Source: Clostridia bacterium (lineage in GTDB: Bacteria > Bacillota > Clostridia > Oscillospirales > SIG627). From it: a stretch of 64,000 nucleotides of DNA. The stretch lies in the NCBI GenBank assembly GCA_017517325.1, contig JAFWZW010000024.1:20092-84091 (forward strand). The letters are read 5' to 3'. A model generated the notes under the pieces. That model was not told where the DNA came from and searched no databases. It worked only from the letters and a program-made list of their open reading frames with translations. Both the position numbers and the translations under genes were made by a program. Numbering within the stretch: the stretch's first letter is position 1; the number at the start of each line of letters is the position of its first letter. Below are positions 8,060 through 17,623 of this stretch, in pieces.

Positions 8060-9379
8060 ATGGAACACATTGATTTTGATCCCGTCAAAAAGCCATCCAC
8101 GCTGGAAACGGAGGATGCCGCACCTGAACGCGCCATTCTGGTCAGCGTCGTGCTTGACGACGGAGACCCCCTTGATACCGATTCTTCCCTGGACGAGCTG
8201 GAGGCTCTTTTGGATACCGCCGGCGGCATTTCCTGCGGGCGGCTGATCCAGGCACGGCAAAAGCCCGAGCACGCCACCTACATCGGCACGGGAAAATTGC
8301 AGGAATTGGCAGAGCTTTGCCTTAATATGGATATTGATCTCGTGGTATTTGACTGCGAGCTCTCCCCTTCCCAGATCCGCAACGTAGAGAGTGCGCTGGA
8401 CGGGGTACGCGTCATTGACCGAACTATGCTGATCCTGGATATTTTTGCCCAAAACGCCCGCACGGGGGAGGGCATTTTACAGGTGGCCATTGCCAACCTG
8501 AAATATACGCTGCCCCGCCTTTCCGGTCAGGGAGAAGGTCTTTCCCGATTGGGCGGCGGCATCGGCACACGCGGTCCCGGAGAAACCAAGCTTGAGGTAG
8601 ACCGCCGCCACGTAAAGCGCAAGATCCAGAAATTGGAGGAAGACCTTGCGGAGCTGGCAAAAAAGCGTGCCACACAGCGAAAAAGCCGTGAAAAGAACGG
8701 GCTTTTTCAAATTGCGCTGGCAGGCTACACCAACGCGGGAAAATCTTCTCTGTTAAACTTTCTTTGCGACGATTCCATTTTAGCCCAGAACAAGCTTTTT
8801 GCCACGCTGGATCCCACCACCAGGCGCTTAAAGCTCCCCAATTTCGGTGAGGTGCTTTTAACCGATACCGTTGGCTTTATCAATCGCCTTCCCCACCATT
8901 TGGTGGAGGCCTTTCAATCCACTCTTGACGAGGTGGTCTACAGCGATCTGGTGCTGATGGTAATGGACGCCACCGACCCGAAATTCCAACAAAAGATGCA
9001 CATTACGGAAACGATCCTTGCCGATCTGTACGAAAAGCGCGGCGTTACCCCGCCGCCCCTGATCTACGTTCTCAACAAGACCGATTTAGAGGAAAGCCGT
9101 TTCAATACCGCCTCCTTCCCCAAGGGGCTTGATCACGTTTGCATTTCCGCCAAAACGGGAAAAGGCGGCGACCTGCTGATCCGGCAGATCGAGAACGTTC
9201 TTTCCCGCGCAAAAAAACGTTGTCGTTTTCTCTTCCCCCACGAGGAGGGTGGCAAGCTTTCGCTGCTCTACAAAACGGCAAACGTAGTGCAGGTGGATTA
9301 CGAGGCAGACGGCATTCACGTAGAGGCTGTTTGTGACGAAAAGACCCGCGGTGCCCTCTCCTGCTTTCTCATAAACTGA
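8060..9379 (+). CDS. hflX: ribosome-splitting GTPase HflX
   Basis: GIGTRGPGETKLEVDRR, G1 GYTNAGKS, LFATLDPT, DTVGF, NKTD; start moved to the ATG after AAGGA. Confidence 0.95.
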   Translation: MEHIDFDPVKKPSTLETEDAAPERAILVSVVLDDGDPLDTDSSLDELEALLDTAGGISCGRLIQARQKPEHATYIGTGKLQELAELCLNMDIDLVVFDCELSPSQIRNVESALDGVRVIDRTMLILDIFAQNARTGEGILQVAIANLKYTLPRLSGQGEGLSRLGGGIGTRGPGETKLEVDRRHVKRKIQKLEEDLAELAKKRATQRKSREKNGLFQIALAGYTNAGKSSLLNFLCDDSILAQNKLFATLDPTTRRLKLPNFGEVLLTDTVGFINRLPHHLVEAFQSTLDEVVYSDLVLMVMDATDPKFQQKMHITETILADLYEKRGVTPPPLIYVLNKTDLEESRFNTASFPKGLDHVCISAKTGKGGDLLIRQIENVLSRAKKRCRFLFPHEEGGKLSLLYKTANVVQVDYEADGIHVEAVCDEKTRGALSCFLIN

Positions 9380-9399
9380 TTAAGGATAAGGAAAACAAA

Positions 9400-11634
9400 A
9401 TGGCAGAACGAAAGAAAAGAACCAAAGCAAAAGACGCAGAGCCCGTAAAGCCTGCGGTGATCCAGGAGCAGCCCATCACCGAAACGCTGCGAACCAACTA
9501 TATGCCCTATGCTATGAGCTCCATCATCTCCCGCGCCTTGCCGGAGATCGACGGTCTGAAGCCCTCCCATCGCAAGCTGCTCTACACGATGTATAAAATG
9601 GGGCTTCTCACAGGGAACAGAACCAAAAGTGCCAACGTCGTGGGGCAGACCATGCGCCTGAACCCCCACGGCGACGCGGCCATCTACGAAACCATGGTGC
9701 GCCTGACCCGCGGCAACGAAGCACTTTTGCATCCCTTTGTAGATTCCAAGGGTGCCTTTGGTAAGCAGTATTCCAAAATGGCTTACGCCGCACCCCGATA
9801 TACCGAGGTAAAGCTGGCTCCCATTTGCTCGGAGCTCTTCGGCGGCATTGATAAGGACGCTGTAGACCTGGTGGATAACTACGACTCTACCATGAAAGAG
9901 CCCGTGCTTCTCCCCTCCTCCTTCCCCAACGTTCTGGTCTGTCCCAATACGGGTATCGCAGTGGGCCTTGCCAGCTCCATCTGCTCCTTTAACCTCAACG
10001 AGACCTGCGACGCGGTGATCGCCCTTCTGCGTGATCCCAACGCTGATCTTTATCAAATTCTGAAGGCGCCCGATTTTTCCACCGGCGGCGAGCTGCTTTA
10101 CGACCCCGAGGAAATGCGGCAGATCTACGAAACGGGAAAGGGCTCTTTTTCCGTTCGCGCCGTTTGGCACTCCGTTCCCAAGGAAAACCGCATCGTCATT
10201 ACGGAGATCCCCTATAACACCACGGTGGAGCAGATCATTGAAAAGATCGTGCAATTGATCAAGGAAGGCAAGCTCCGCGAGATCAACGATATTCGTGATG
10301 AGATCGACTTTGACGGCTTGAAGCTGACCATTGACTTAAAGCGCGGCAGTGACCCGGATAAGCTGATGGCAAAGCTCTTGAAGGCCACGGATCTGGAATG
10401 CCGCTTCCCCTGTAACTTTAACGTACTCATCGCCGGCTCCCCCCATCTTTTGGGTGTTCGTGAGCTTTTAAGCGAGTGGCACGCATTCCGCTGCGAATGC
10501 TTAAAGCGCGAGTTTTATTACGAATTGGGTCAAAAGGAAGCCAAGCTCCACCTTTTGATGGGTCTTGAAAAGATCCTGGTGGATATTGACAAGGCCATTG
10601 CCATCATCCGCAAAACCGAGCACGAAAAAGACGTGATCCCCAATTTGTGCAAGGGCTTTGAAATTGACGAAAAGCAAGCGGAATACATTGCAGAGATCAA
10701 GCTCCGCCACCTGAACCGCCAGTACATTTTAGACCGAATCGGCGAGCGGGAAAAGCTGGAAAAGGAAATTGCGGACTTGGAGAGTCTTCTTTCCAGCAGT
10801 CGCAAGCTGAACAACTACATCATCCGCCAGCTGGAGGACGTAAAGAAAAAATACGGCCAACCCAGAAAGACCCGCATTGCCTACGAATACAGCCGCCCCA
10901 GCGAAGCTTTGAAGCTGGAGGAAGAAGCGGAATACACCGCCCATTGCGTGATTACCCGCGGCGGTTATTTAAAGAACATTCCCCTAAAATCCATTATGGT
11001 CAGCGATAACCAAAGGCTGAAGGACGATGACAGCATTATCTTTTCCGGGGAAATGTCCTCCAAGCAGGAGATCTATTTCTTCACGGATCATCAACAGGTC
11101 TATCACGCAAAGTTCGGTGATTTTGCCATCACCAAGGCATCGGAGCTGGGCGACTACGTTCCCGCAAAATTGGAAATGGATAAGGATGAAAAGGTGATCT
11201 TCTCCGCCCCCTTATCCGATCTGAAAGGGAGCCTTGCCATCCTGTTTGAAAACGGCAAGGGCGTTTCCTTCCCCCTTTCCGTTTACGAGACCAAGGGCAA
11301 CCGCAAGCGCCTTACCGGCGCCTTCAGTGACGGCTCACCCGTTGCCGCGATGTTCATTCTCGCCCCCGGCGAGGTGAAGGAGATCCTCATTAAAACAAAG
11401 ATGGGCAGAGCTTGCATTCTCCGCACCACCCTCTTCCCTGAAAAGAGCACCCGCACCAGCGCAGGCAACCAAATGGTGGCGCTGAAAAAGCTGGATGCCA
11501 TTGCCGAAGCCTTCCCCGTTTCCACCGCAGACAACCCCTCTCTTGCCATTTACAAGAAGCCCCGCGTTCCCACCCCGGGCATCATCTATAACGAGGTAGA
11601 CTTAACCGACGCGCAAGGAAAAATGGATATCTGA
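9400..11634 (+). CDS. parC: type IIA topoisomerase subunit A (ParC-like)
   Basis: RALPEIDGLKPSHR, KSANVVG, PHGD, catalytic AAPRYTE; no GyrA-box seen; shortened C-terminal domain. Confidence 0.8.
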   Translation: MAERKKRTKAKDAEPVKPAVIQEQPITETLRTNYMPYAMSSIISRALPEIDGLKPSHRKLLYTMYKMGLLTGNRTKSANVVGQTMRLNPHGDAAIYETMVRLTRGNEALLHPFVDSKGAFGKQYSKMAYAAPRYTEVKLAPICSELFGGIDKDAVDLVDNYDSTMKEPVLLPSSFPNVLVCPNTGIAVGLASSICSFNLNETCDAVIALLRDPNADLYQILKAPDFSTGGELLYDPEEMRQIYETGKGSFSVRAVWHSVPKENRIVITEIPYNTTVEQIIEKIVQLIKEGKLREINDIRDEIDFDGLKLTIDLKRGSDPDKLMAKLLKATDLECRFPCNFNVLIAGSPHLLGVRELLSEWHAFRCECLKREFYYELGQKEAKLHLLMGLEKILVDIDKAIAIIRKTEHEKDVIPNLCKGFEIDEKQAEYIAEIKLRHLNRQYILDRIGEREKLEKEIADLESLLSSSRKLNNYIIRQLEDVKKKYGQPRKTRIAYEYSRPSEALKLEEEAEYTAHCVITRGGYLKNIPLKSIMVSDNQRLKDDDSIIFSGEMSSKQEIYFFTDHQQVYHAKFGDFAITKASELGDYVPAKLEMDKDEKVIFSAPLSDLKGSLAILFENGKGVSFPLSVYETKGNRKRLTGAFSDGSPVAAMFILAPGEVKEILIKTKMGRACILRTTLFPEKSTRTSAGNQMVALKKLDAIAEAFPVSTADNPSLAIYKKPRVPTPGIIYNEVDLTDAQGKMDI

Positions 11635-11644
11635 TTTATAACAC

Positions 11645-11675
11645 AAAGAGCACCGCGAATTGCGGTGCTCTTTTT
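11645..11675. terminator. bidirectional intrinsic terminator
   Basis: AAAGAGCACCGC-gaatt-GCGGTGCTCTTT between convergent genes. Confidence 0.85.
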
Positions 11676-11909
11676 CTATTCCATATCATAAGGGGTCTTA
11701 TTTTTGGATAATCCCAAAATATAATCAGAAGAGGTTTCATAAAAGCGGGCAAGACGGATGAGAACGTCTGTAGGAAGATCACGCAGACCGCGCTCATAGC
11801 GGTTATATTGGGATTGCTTCATTCCTAAATAATCCGCTACCTTCTGCTGGGTCAGGTCGTGGTCTTCTCTTAATTCGCGAAGCCTGGGATAATAATTATC
11901 CACCGCCAT
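11676..11909 (-). CDS. XRE-family HTH transcriptional regulator
   Basis: RLRELREDHDLTQQKVADYLGMKQSQYNRYERG...SSDYILGL. Confidence 0.9.
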   Translation of the reverse strand: MAVDNYYPRLRELREDHDLTQQKVADYLGMKQSQYNRYERGLRDLPTDVLIRLARFYETSSDYILGLSKNKTPYDME

Positions 11910-11918
11910 CCCCCCTCT

Positions 11919-11993
11919 GTTATAACCGTTTGGTATTGACAGTTTATCACAAAGATGCTATAATTGTGGTAATTATAGCCGTTTGGTTATAAT
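11919..11993 (+). promoter_or_regulatory. consensus sigmaA promoter flanked by two related operator-like sites
   Basis: TTGACA (11936-11941) - 17 nt - TATAAT (11959-11964); TTATAACCGTTTGGT at 11920-11934 and TTATAGCCGTTTGGTTATAA at 11973-11992. Confidence 0.7.
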
Positions 11994-12017
11994 CCTGAAA
12001 AAATAGGAGTAGAGAAA

Positions 12018-15000
12018 ATGAAAAAAAGAATCGTATCATTACTTTTGGCACTGGCGCTGATCCTGCCCCTTTGCCCTGCCTTTGAACTGCCTCTTCTTTC
12101 CTTGCCCGTTTCAGCGGCAACCGGTGGCACCACGGGTGATTGCACGTGGGAATTGAAAGGCACCGTGCTTACCATTTCCGGCAATGGTAAGATGGGGGAT
12201 AACAAATATGGAGGACCTTGGGGCACCTCTATTACAAAAGTGATCATCGAAGATGGCGTCACAAGCGTTGGGGATTATGCCTTCTACGGTTGCAGCAGCC
12301 TTACCTCCATTACCATCGGCAACAGCGTCACCAGTATTGGTAATTCTGCCTTCGCCGGTTGCAGCAGTCTGACCTCCATTACCATCCCGGGTAGTGTTGA
12401 AAATGTTGGCGAATGGGCATTCCATGCTTGTGGCTTAACCGATATAATCATTGAAGAGGGTGTTACCAGCATTGGCGGCGACGCGTTCAGCAACTGTAAT
12501 AACCTGACCAGTGTCGCCATTCCGAATAGCGTTACCAGTATTGGTGATCATGCGTTCCATGAATGTGGAAAACTAGCCAACGTTATCATCCCGGAAGGTG
12601 TTACCAGCATTGAAGAAAATACATTCACGTATTGCAGCAGTCTGACCAGCATTACTATCCCAGGCAGTGTCAAGAACATTGACGAATCCGCTTTTTATGG
12701 CTGCAGGAGCTTGTCTGCTGTCACCATCCCCGATTCCGTCACCAACATTGGGGCTTCTGCCTTCTCCTATTGCAGCAGCCTTACCATGGTTTGGTATGAA
12801 GGCAGCGTAAGCGATCGAAGCAAAATCTCTATAGGTAGTGATAACGACGAGCTTACCGCCGCCACTTGGCATTACGATTGCTGTATGGAAAACGAGAGTG
12901 TTTGGACCCACGTTTACGACAGCGCTTGTGATACTGAGTGCAACGAATGCGGTAAAATCCGCATACCCCCTCACGTTTATGACAATAAAGTGGATGTAAG
13001 TTGCAACGTATGCGGCGCCGAACGAACCCTTCCTTATGACGACTACGGCACCACGGGTGATTGCACTTGGACTTTGGATGGCACGAAGCTTACCATTTCC
13101 GGCAATGGTAAGATGGGGGATTATACATCCACCAATGAAGCGCCTTGGGGCACCTCTATTACAGAAGTGATCATCGAAGATGGTGTCACAAGCATTGGGG
13201 ATTATGCCTTCTACGGTTGCAGCAGCCTTACCTCCATCTCCATCGGTAACAGTGTCACGAGCATTGGGAAAGATGCCTTCTACGGTTGCAGCAGTCTTAC
13301 CGCCATCACCATTCCCGATTCCGTTACAAGCATTGGAGATGGTGCCTTCGCCGATTGCAGCAGTCTTACCGCCATCACCATTCCCGATTCCGTCACAACT
13401 ATTGGTATGGTTGCCTTCATAAATTGCGACAGCCTTACCGCCATCACCATTCCCGATTCCGTCACAAGCATTGGGTCTTCTGCCTTCTGGTTTTGCACGA
13501 GCCTTACTTCCATCACCATTCCCGATTCCGTCACAAGCATTGGGTCTCCTGCCTTCGCCGGTTGCAGCAGCCTTACCTCTATTGCCGTTGCAGAAGGGAA
13601 CCCGGTTTACCACAGCGCAGGAAATTGCTTGATCGAAACAGAAAGCAAAACCTTGATAGCAGGATGCCAAAATTCCATCATTCCTTCGGATGGTTCCGTC
13701 ACAAGCATTGGGTCTTCTGCCTTCTCCTATTGCAGCAGCCTTACCGCCATCACCATCCCCGATTCCGTCACAAGCATTGGAAGTTATGCCTTCGATAGCT
13801 GCGACAGTCTTACCGCCATCACCATTCCCGATTCCGTCAAAAGTATTGGGTTTTATGCCTTCCACAGTTGTACAAAGATTACCACCATCAACATCCCCGA
13901 TTCTGTCGCAAGCATTGAGTCTCGCGCCTTCAACGGTTGCAGCAGCCTTACCTCTATCACTGTTGCAGAAGGGAACCCGGTTTACCACAGCGCAGGAAAT
14001 TGCTTGATTGAAACAGATAGCAAAACCTTGATAACAGGATGCCCAAATTCCATCATTCCTTCGGATGGCTCCGTCACAAGCATTGCGGATTGGGCCTTCT
14101 GGTATTGCACGAGCCTTACCACCATCACCATCCCGGATTCCGTCACAAGCATTGGGGATTCTGCCTTCTCCTATTGCAGCAGCCTTACCACAGTTTGGTA
14201 TGAAGGCAGCGAAAGCGATCGGCGCAACATTTCCATTGGTGATTCTAACGATCCGCTTGCCACCGCCACATGGCATTACGATAGCTGTATGAAAAACGAG
14301 GGTGTCTGGACCCACGTTTACGACAACGTTTGCGATGTGGATTGCAACGAATGCGGTGAAGTACGCGCCGTACCCGATCACGTTTACGACAACGTTTGCG
14401 ATGCGGATTGCAACGAATGTGGTGAGGTGCGCAGCACTGAACACGTTTACGACGATGCTTCCGACGTTACTTGCAACGTGTGCGGCCTTGTCAATCTTGA
14501 AGTGGCTTCCAGCATCAATCTTTCCGTAGAAGAGAGAATCTATCTGAATCTGTGGCTGGATGCCGAAGACGTTGACGCTTGCAAGGCGCTGACCGGGAAA
14601 GACTTTACCTACGATGCCACCGTTGAAACCCCAAACGGCATGCGCGCCCTTGGAAGCGGAAGTGTCAGCGGTGCACCTGTGGAAACAGAATACGGCACCT
14701 ATTACATTATTCGTCTTGACGCGGTTTCTGCCGAGCTTTTTGACCAAAGAATCTCTGTGAAATGCCCCACCGGCACGATCAACGCCGTTGGAGACGAGTC
14801 CCTCACCGTGCTTTCTCTTGCAAAGGCGGGGGCCGCGCAATACGAAGAGCAGATGGCCAAGGATCTTTTCACAGCCCTTTACAATTACGGTGCTTCCGCC
14901 ACGGGCAAAGAACTTTTGACAATGCCGCAGGATTTCGTGAAAGATCTGAAGGAAAACATTTCCGTTTTCGCCTCCCCCAATGAAACCGCTTTATTCCAAA

Positions 15001-15407
15001 ACGTTTTTCTTTTAATGGGCGATTCCATCGGCATTCGCCTGAAAGGACAGCTGCTGGGTGATGAAAAGGCGCTTTCCGTCAAGATCTTTAACGGATCAAC
15101 CGAATACAAAAACCCACCGTACTCTCTGATCGCCCAAGAAGACGGGACCCTGACCCTCGATCTCTACGTCAGCGCGGATCACTTCAACACCAAACTGAAG
15201 ATTCGGGTATATAGCGGAGAAGAGGTAATTGCCGGCTTTACTGGCACGATCAAAGGATATTCCGAGCAAATTGCCAACAACGAGAGCAGAACCCTTGCTT
15301 TGGCGCAATTCGTTCAGGCCTGTGTCAATTACAAATACAAGGACCCTACGATTCCCGACCATATGGACACGGAAGACGTTCCCGACGTAGGCACGATTCC
15401 CCTGTAA
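12018..15407 (+). CDS. secreted BspA-type (TpLRR) leucine-rich-repeat surface protein
   Basis: Signal peptide; about 20 repeats of IPDSVTSIGxxAFxxCxSLTxIT; five HVYD..C..CG repeats; unique C-terminal domain. Confidence 0.92.
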   Translation: MKKRIVSLLLALALILPLCPAFELPLLSLPVSAATGGTTGDCTWELKGTVLTISGNGKMGDNKYGGPWGTSITKVIIEDGVTSVGDYAFYGCSSLTSITIGNSVTSIGNSAFAGCSSLTSITIPGSVENVGEWAFHACGLTDIIIEEGVTSIGGDAFSNCNNLTSVAIPNSVTSIGDHAFHECGKLANVIIPEGVTSIEENTFTYCSSLTSITIPGSVKNIDESAFYGCRSLSAVTIPDSVTNIGASAFSYCSSLTMVWYEGSVSDRSKISIGSDNDELTAATWHYDCCMENESVWTHVYDSACDTECNECGKIRIPPHVYDNKVDVSCNVCGAERTLPYDDYGTTGDCTWTLDGTKLTISGNGKMGDYTSTNEAPWGTSITEVIIEDGVTSIGDYAFYGCSSLTSISIGNSVTSIGKDAFYGCSSLTAITIPDSVTSIGDGAFADCSSLTAITIPDSVTTIGMVAFINCDSLTAITIPDSVTSIGSSAFWFCTSLTSITIPDSVTSIGSPAFAGCSSLTSIAVAEGNPVYHSAGNCLIETESKTLIAGCQNSIIPSDGSVTSIGSSAFSYCSSLTAITIPDSVTSIGSYAFDSCDSLTAITIPDSVKSIGFYAFHSCTKITTINIPDSVASIESRAFNGCSSLTSITVAEGNPVYHSAGNCLIETDSKTLITGCPNSIIPSDGSVTSIADWAFWYCTSLTTITIPDSVTSIGDSAFSYCSSLTTVWYEGSESDRRNISIGDSNDPLATATWHYDSCMKNEGVWTHVYDNVCDVDCNECGEVRAVPDHVYDNVCDADCNECGEVRSTEHVYDDASDVTCNVCGLVNLEVASSINLSVEERIYLNLWLDAEDVDACKALTGKDFTYDATVETPNGMRALGSGSVSGAPVETEYGTYYIIRLDAVSAELFDQRISVKCPTGTINAVGDESLTVLSLAKAGAAQYEEQMAKDLFTALYNYGASATGKELLTMPQDFVKDLKENISVFASPNETALFQNVFLLMGDSIGIRLKGQLLGDEKALSVKIFNGSTEYKNPPYSLIAQEDGTLTLDLYVSADHFNTKLKIRVYSGEEVIAGFTGTIKGYSEQIANNESRTLALAQFVQACVNYKYKDPTIPDHMDTEDVPDVGTIPL
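12126..14486 (+). repeat. nested intragenic duplications and 69-nt tandem LRR-coding repeats
   Basis: Module starting GGCACCACGGGTGATTGCAC at 12126 and 13047; block GTTGCAGAAGGGAACCCGGTTTACCACAGCGCAGGAAATTGC at 13587 and 13962; many copies of GATTCCGTCACAAGCATTGG. Confidence 0.9.
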
Positions 15408-15423
15408 ACTCATGAAATAATTT

Positions 15424-15460
15424 GAAGCACGCTTTTTCAAAGAAGGCGTGCTTCTTTTTT
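15424..15460 (+). terminator. intrinsic terminator
   Basis: GAAGCACGC...GCGTGCTTC followed by TTTTTT. Confidence 0.8.
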
Positions 15461-15570
15461 ACCAAAAAACAGTTTACAAGCAAGGAAAAAAATGATATAA
15501 TAAAATGGAATATACAAATCAAGATCATCACCTTTAAAAACCAAGAAGAAAAACGAGAAGGTAACCATAG

Positions 15571-17598
15571 ATGAAACGAAGAAATCTGTTGAAAAACTCC
15601 ATTTTTGATCGGCTGAATCCCTTATGGGTGATCCTGGTCACTTCCCTGTTTCTGATTCTGTTTTCCCTTGCGGTTGCCATATTGGCCAACAGTTTTTTGT
15701 ATCTGACCATCGGGCTCATTGCGCTGCTGGTGGAGATCGCGCTGTTCTGGCTTTTCGGGATCTTTACCTCTAAAGGGAAGCACAAGGCCGATGAGAAGCT
15801 TTCCATTCTCAACGGGCTGACTCTGAATTTTTTGATGGAAATGATGCTCCCCGTTGCGATCTTCGGCGAGGATGGGCTGATCCTTTGGTACAACAACGCC
15901 TTTCAAAACGCCACGGGGGTGAACGCTCCCTTATATCAAACCGCTATTCAAGAGCTTTGCGATGAAAAGCTGAGTATGCGCCGCCTGCGGGAGGAACGCC
16001 CTGACGCCCTACGGGAAAAGCCCGTGATCGGCACGATGAAGGGCGAGGAATACGAGGTGGTTTCCTACAAGGTGGAGGCGGAAGGAAAGGTGCTCCTCAT
16101 TTCCGTATGGGAGCCCTTGAAGCGGGTGCGCCGCCTGGAGCGGGAGCTTGCTGACCAAAACACCGTTATTTCCTATATTGCAGTAGACAACTACACCGAG
16201 GCCGCTTCCCTTTTGCAGGGCAACTACCGCACCATTGCCGCTAAGATCTCCATTTTGCTGAAGGAATGGGCAACGGGGCTTGACGGCATTTTAAGAGAGG
16301 TGGAAAGCGACCGCTACATTCTGATGATGGAAGAGCGGAGCCTTGGCCGTCTGACGGAAGGAAAATACGAGATCTTAGATGACGTTCGCGCCATTTCCTC
16401 CGACAACGTTGACGTACCCATTACCATTTCCATCGGCACCGCCTGCCTTGACGGCACCCTTACCGAAAAAGAGACCGCCGCCCATCAGGCTTTGGATCTT
16501 GCCATGCAACGCGGCGGCGACCAGGCTGTTTTGAAAAAGCGTGATAACGCTATGGAATACTACGGAGGCCGAACGAAAACGGTGCAGAAGCGCACCAAGA
16601 TCCGAAGCCGCATCGTAGCTTCCGAAGCAATGAACCTGATGAAGAAGGCCTCCAACGTTCTGATCATGGGCCATCGCTTTGCCGATCACGATTCCATTGG
16701 CTCTGCCATCGGTATGGCGCGCTTTGCCATGCAGTACTGCGGCAAGGTGAACATTGTGGTCAACGTGCACGACTCCAACCTGAAGGGCGTCTTCAAGAAA
16801 CTGGGCGGGCTCAGCGATTACCGCAACGTATTTATTGACGGTGCCACCGCTCAGGATCTGATCACCTCCTCCACCCTTCTCATTATTACAGACGTTAACA
16901 ACGTTCGTCAGTTTGAGGCTCCCGAGCTGTTTGAAAACTGCCACGACGTGGTGATCATAGACCACCACAGACAGAGCGCGGAATTTGCGGTGAAGCCCAA
17001 GATCACCTACATTGAGCCCAGCGCTTCCAGCGCAAGCGAGCTTGTTTCGGAAATGCTGGAGCAACAGCTCCCTCAAGGAAGTCTTTTAAAGGAGGAAGCA
17101 GAGCTTCTCTTTGCAGGGATCATACTGGATACCAAGCAGTTCGCCAACAACACGGGCCCCCGCACCTTTTCGGCGGCGCACTTCCTTCGCTCGGAGGGAG
17201 CAAATCCCGCAGAGGCACAGATGCTCTTCCGCTCGGATCTGGAGGATTTCAAGCGTGAGATCAAATACGAAGCAAACGCCTTCGTTTATCGGGAGATCAT
17301 TGCGTTTTCCTATATGGAAGAGAACGCAACGCAGGAAGACAAGATCGCCGCTTCCAAGGCGGCAGACCGTTTGCTTTCTCTGGACGGCGTATTGGCAAGC
17401 TTCGTGCTTTGCCGCATTGATCAGACCGTTCACATTTCCGCCCGTTCCTCGGGCACCATCAACGTTCAGCTGATCACGGAAAAGCTTCACGGCGGCGGTC
17501 ATTTCGATATGGCGGGCGCGCAGGTGAAGGATGCTACCATCAAAGAGACCTTCGTTCAGCTGAAGGAGGCCATTGACGAATATCTCAACGAAGTATAA
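15571..17598 (+). CDS. gdpP: cyclic-di-AMP phosphodiesterase GdpP
   Basis: Two N-terminal TMs, PAS-like region, degenerate GGDEF (RGGDQA), DHDSIG, DHH, GGGH; sits before rplI-dnaB. Confidence 0.92.
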   Translation: MKRRNLLKNSIFDRLNPLWVILVTSLFLILFSLAVAILANSFLYLTIGLIALLVEIALFWLFGIFTSKGKHKADEKLSILNGLTLNFLMEMMLPVAIFGEDGLILWYNNAFQNATGVNAPLYQTAIQELCDEKLSMRRLREERPDALREKPVIGTMKGEEYEVVSYKVEAEGKVLLISVWEPLKRVRRLERELADQNTVISYIAVDNYTEAASLLQGNYRTIAAKISILLKEWATGLDGILREVESDRYILMMEERSLGRLTEGKYEILDDVRAISSDNVDVPITISIGTACLDGTLTEKETAAHQALDLAMQRGGDQAVLKKRDNAMEYYGGRTKTVQKRTKIRSRIVASEAMNLMKKASNVLIMGHRFADHDSIGSAIGMARFAMQYCGKVNIVVNVHDSNLKGVFKKLGGLSDYRNVFIDGATAQDLITSSTLLIITDVNNVRQFEAPELFENCHDVVIIDHHRQSAEFAVKPKITYIEPSASSASELVSEMLEQQLPQGSLLKEEAELLFAGIILDTKQFANNTGPRTFSAAHFLRSEGANPAEAQMLFRSDLEDFKREIKYEANAFVYREIIAFSYMEENATQEDKIAASKAADRLLSLDGVLASFVLCRIDQTVHISARSSGTINVQLITEKLHGGGHFDMAGAQVKDATIKETFVQLKEAIDEYLNEV

Positions 17599-17623
17599 AA
17601 CCAATTGAATAAGGAGAATGAAC

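Noticed and set aside
13200-14200. CRISPR array or DGR variable region suggested by the regular 69-nt repeats
   Set aside because: The repeats are in-frame LRR codons; there are no unique spacers, cas genes, reverse transcriptase or template repeat
12573-14840. 755-aa antisense ORF, plus short alternate-frame ORFs over the BspA gene
   Set aside because: Shadow of the repetitive sense gene; no RBS or family motifs
1516-15454. Similar GCACGCTT..TTCAAAG hairpins at 1516 and 15424 as a REP-like family
   Set aside because: Only two short imperfect copies, each explained as an ordinary terminator
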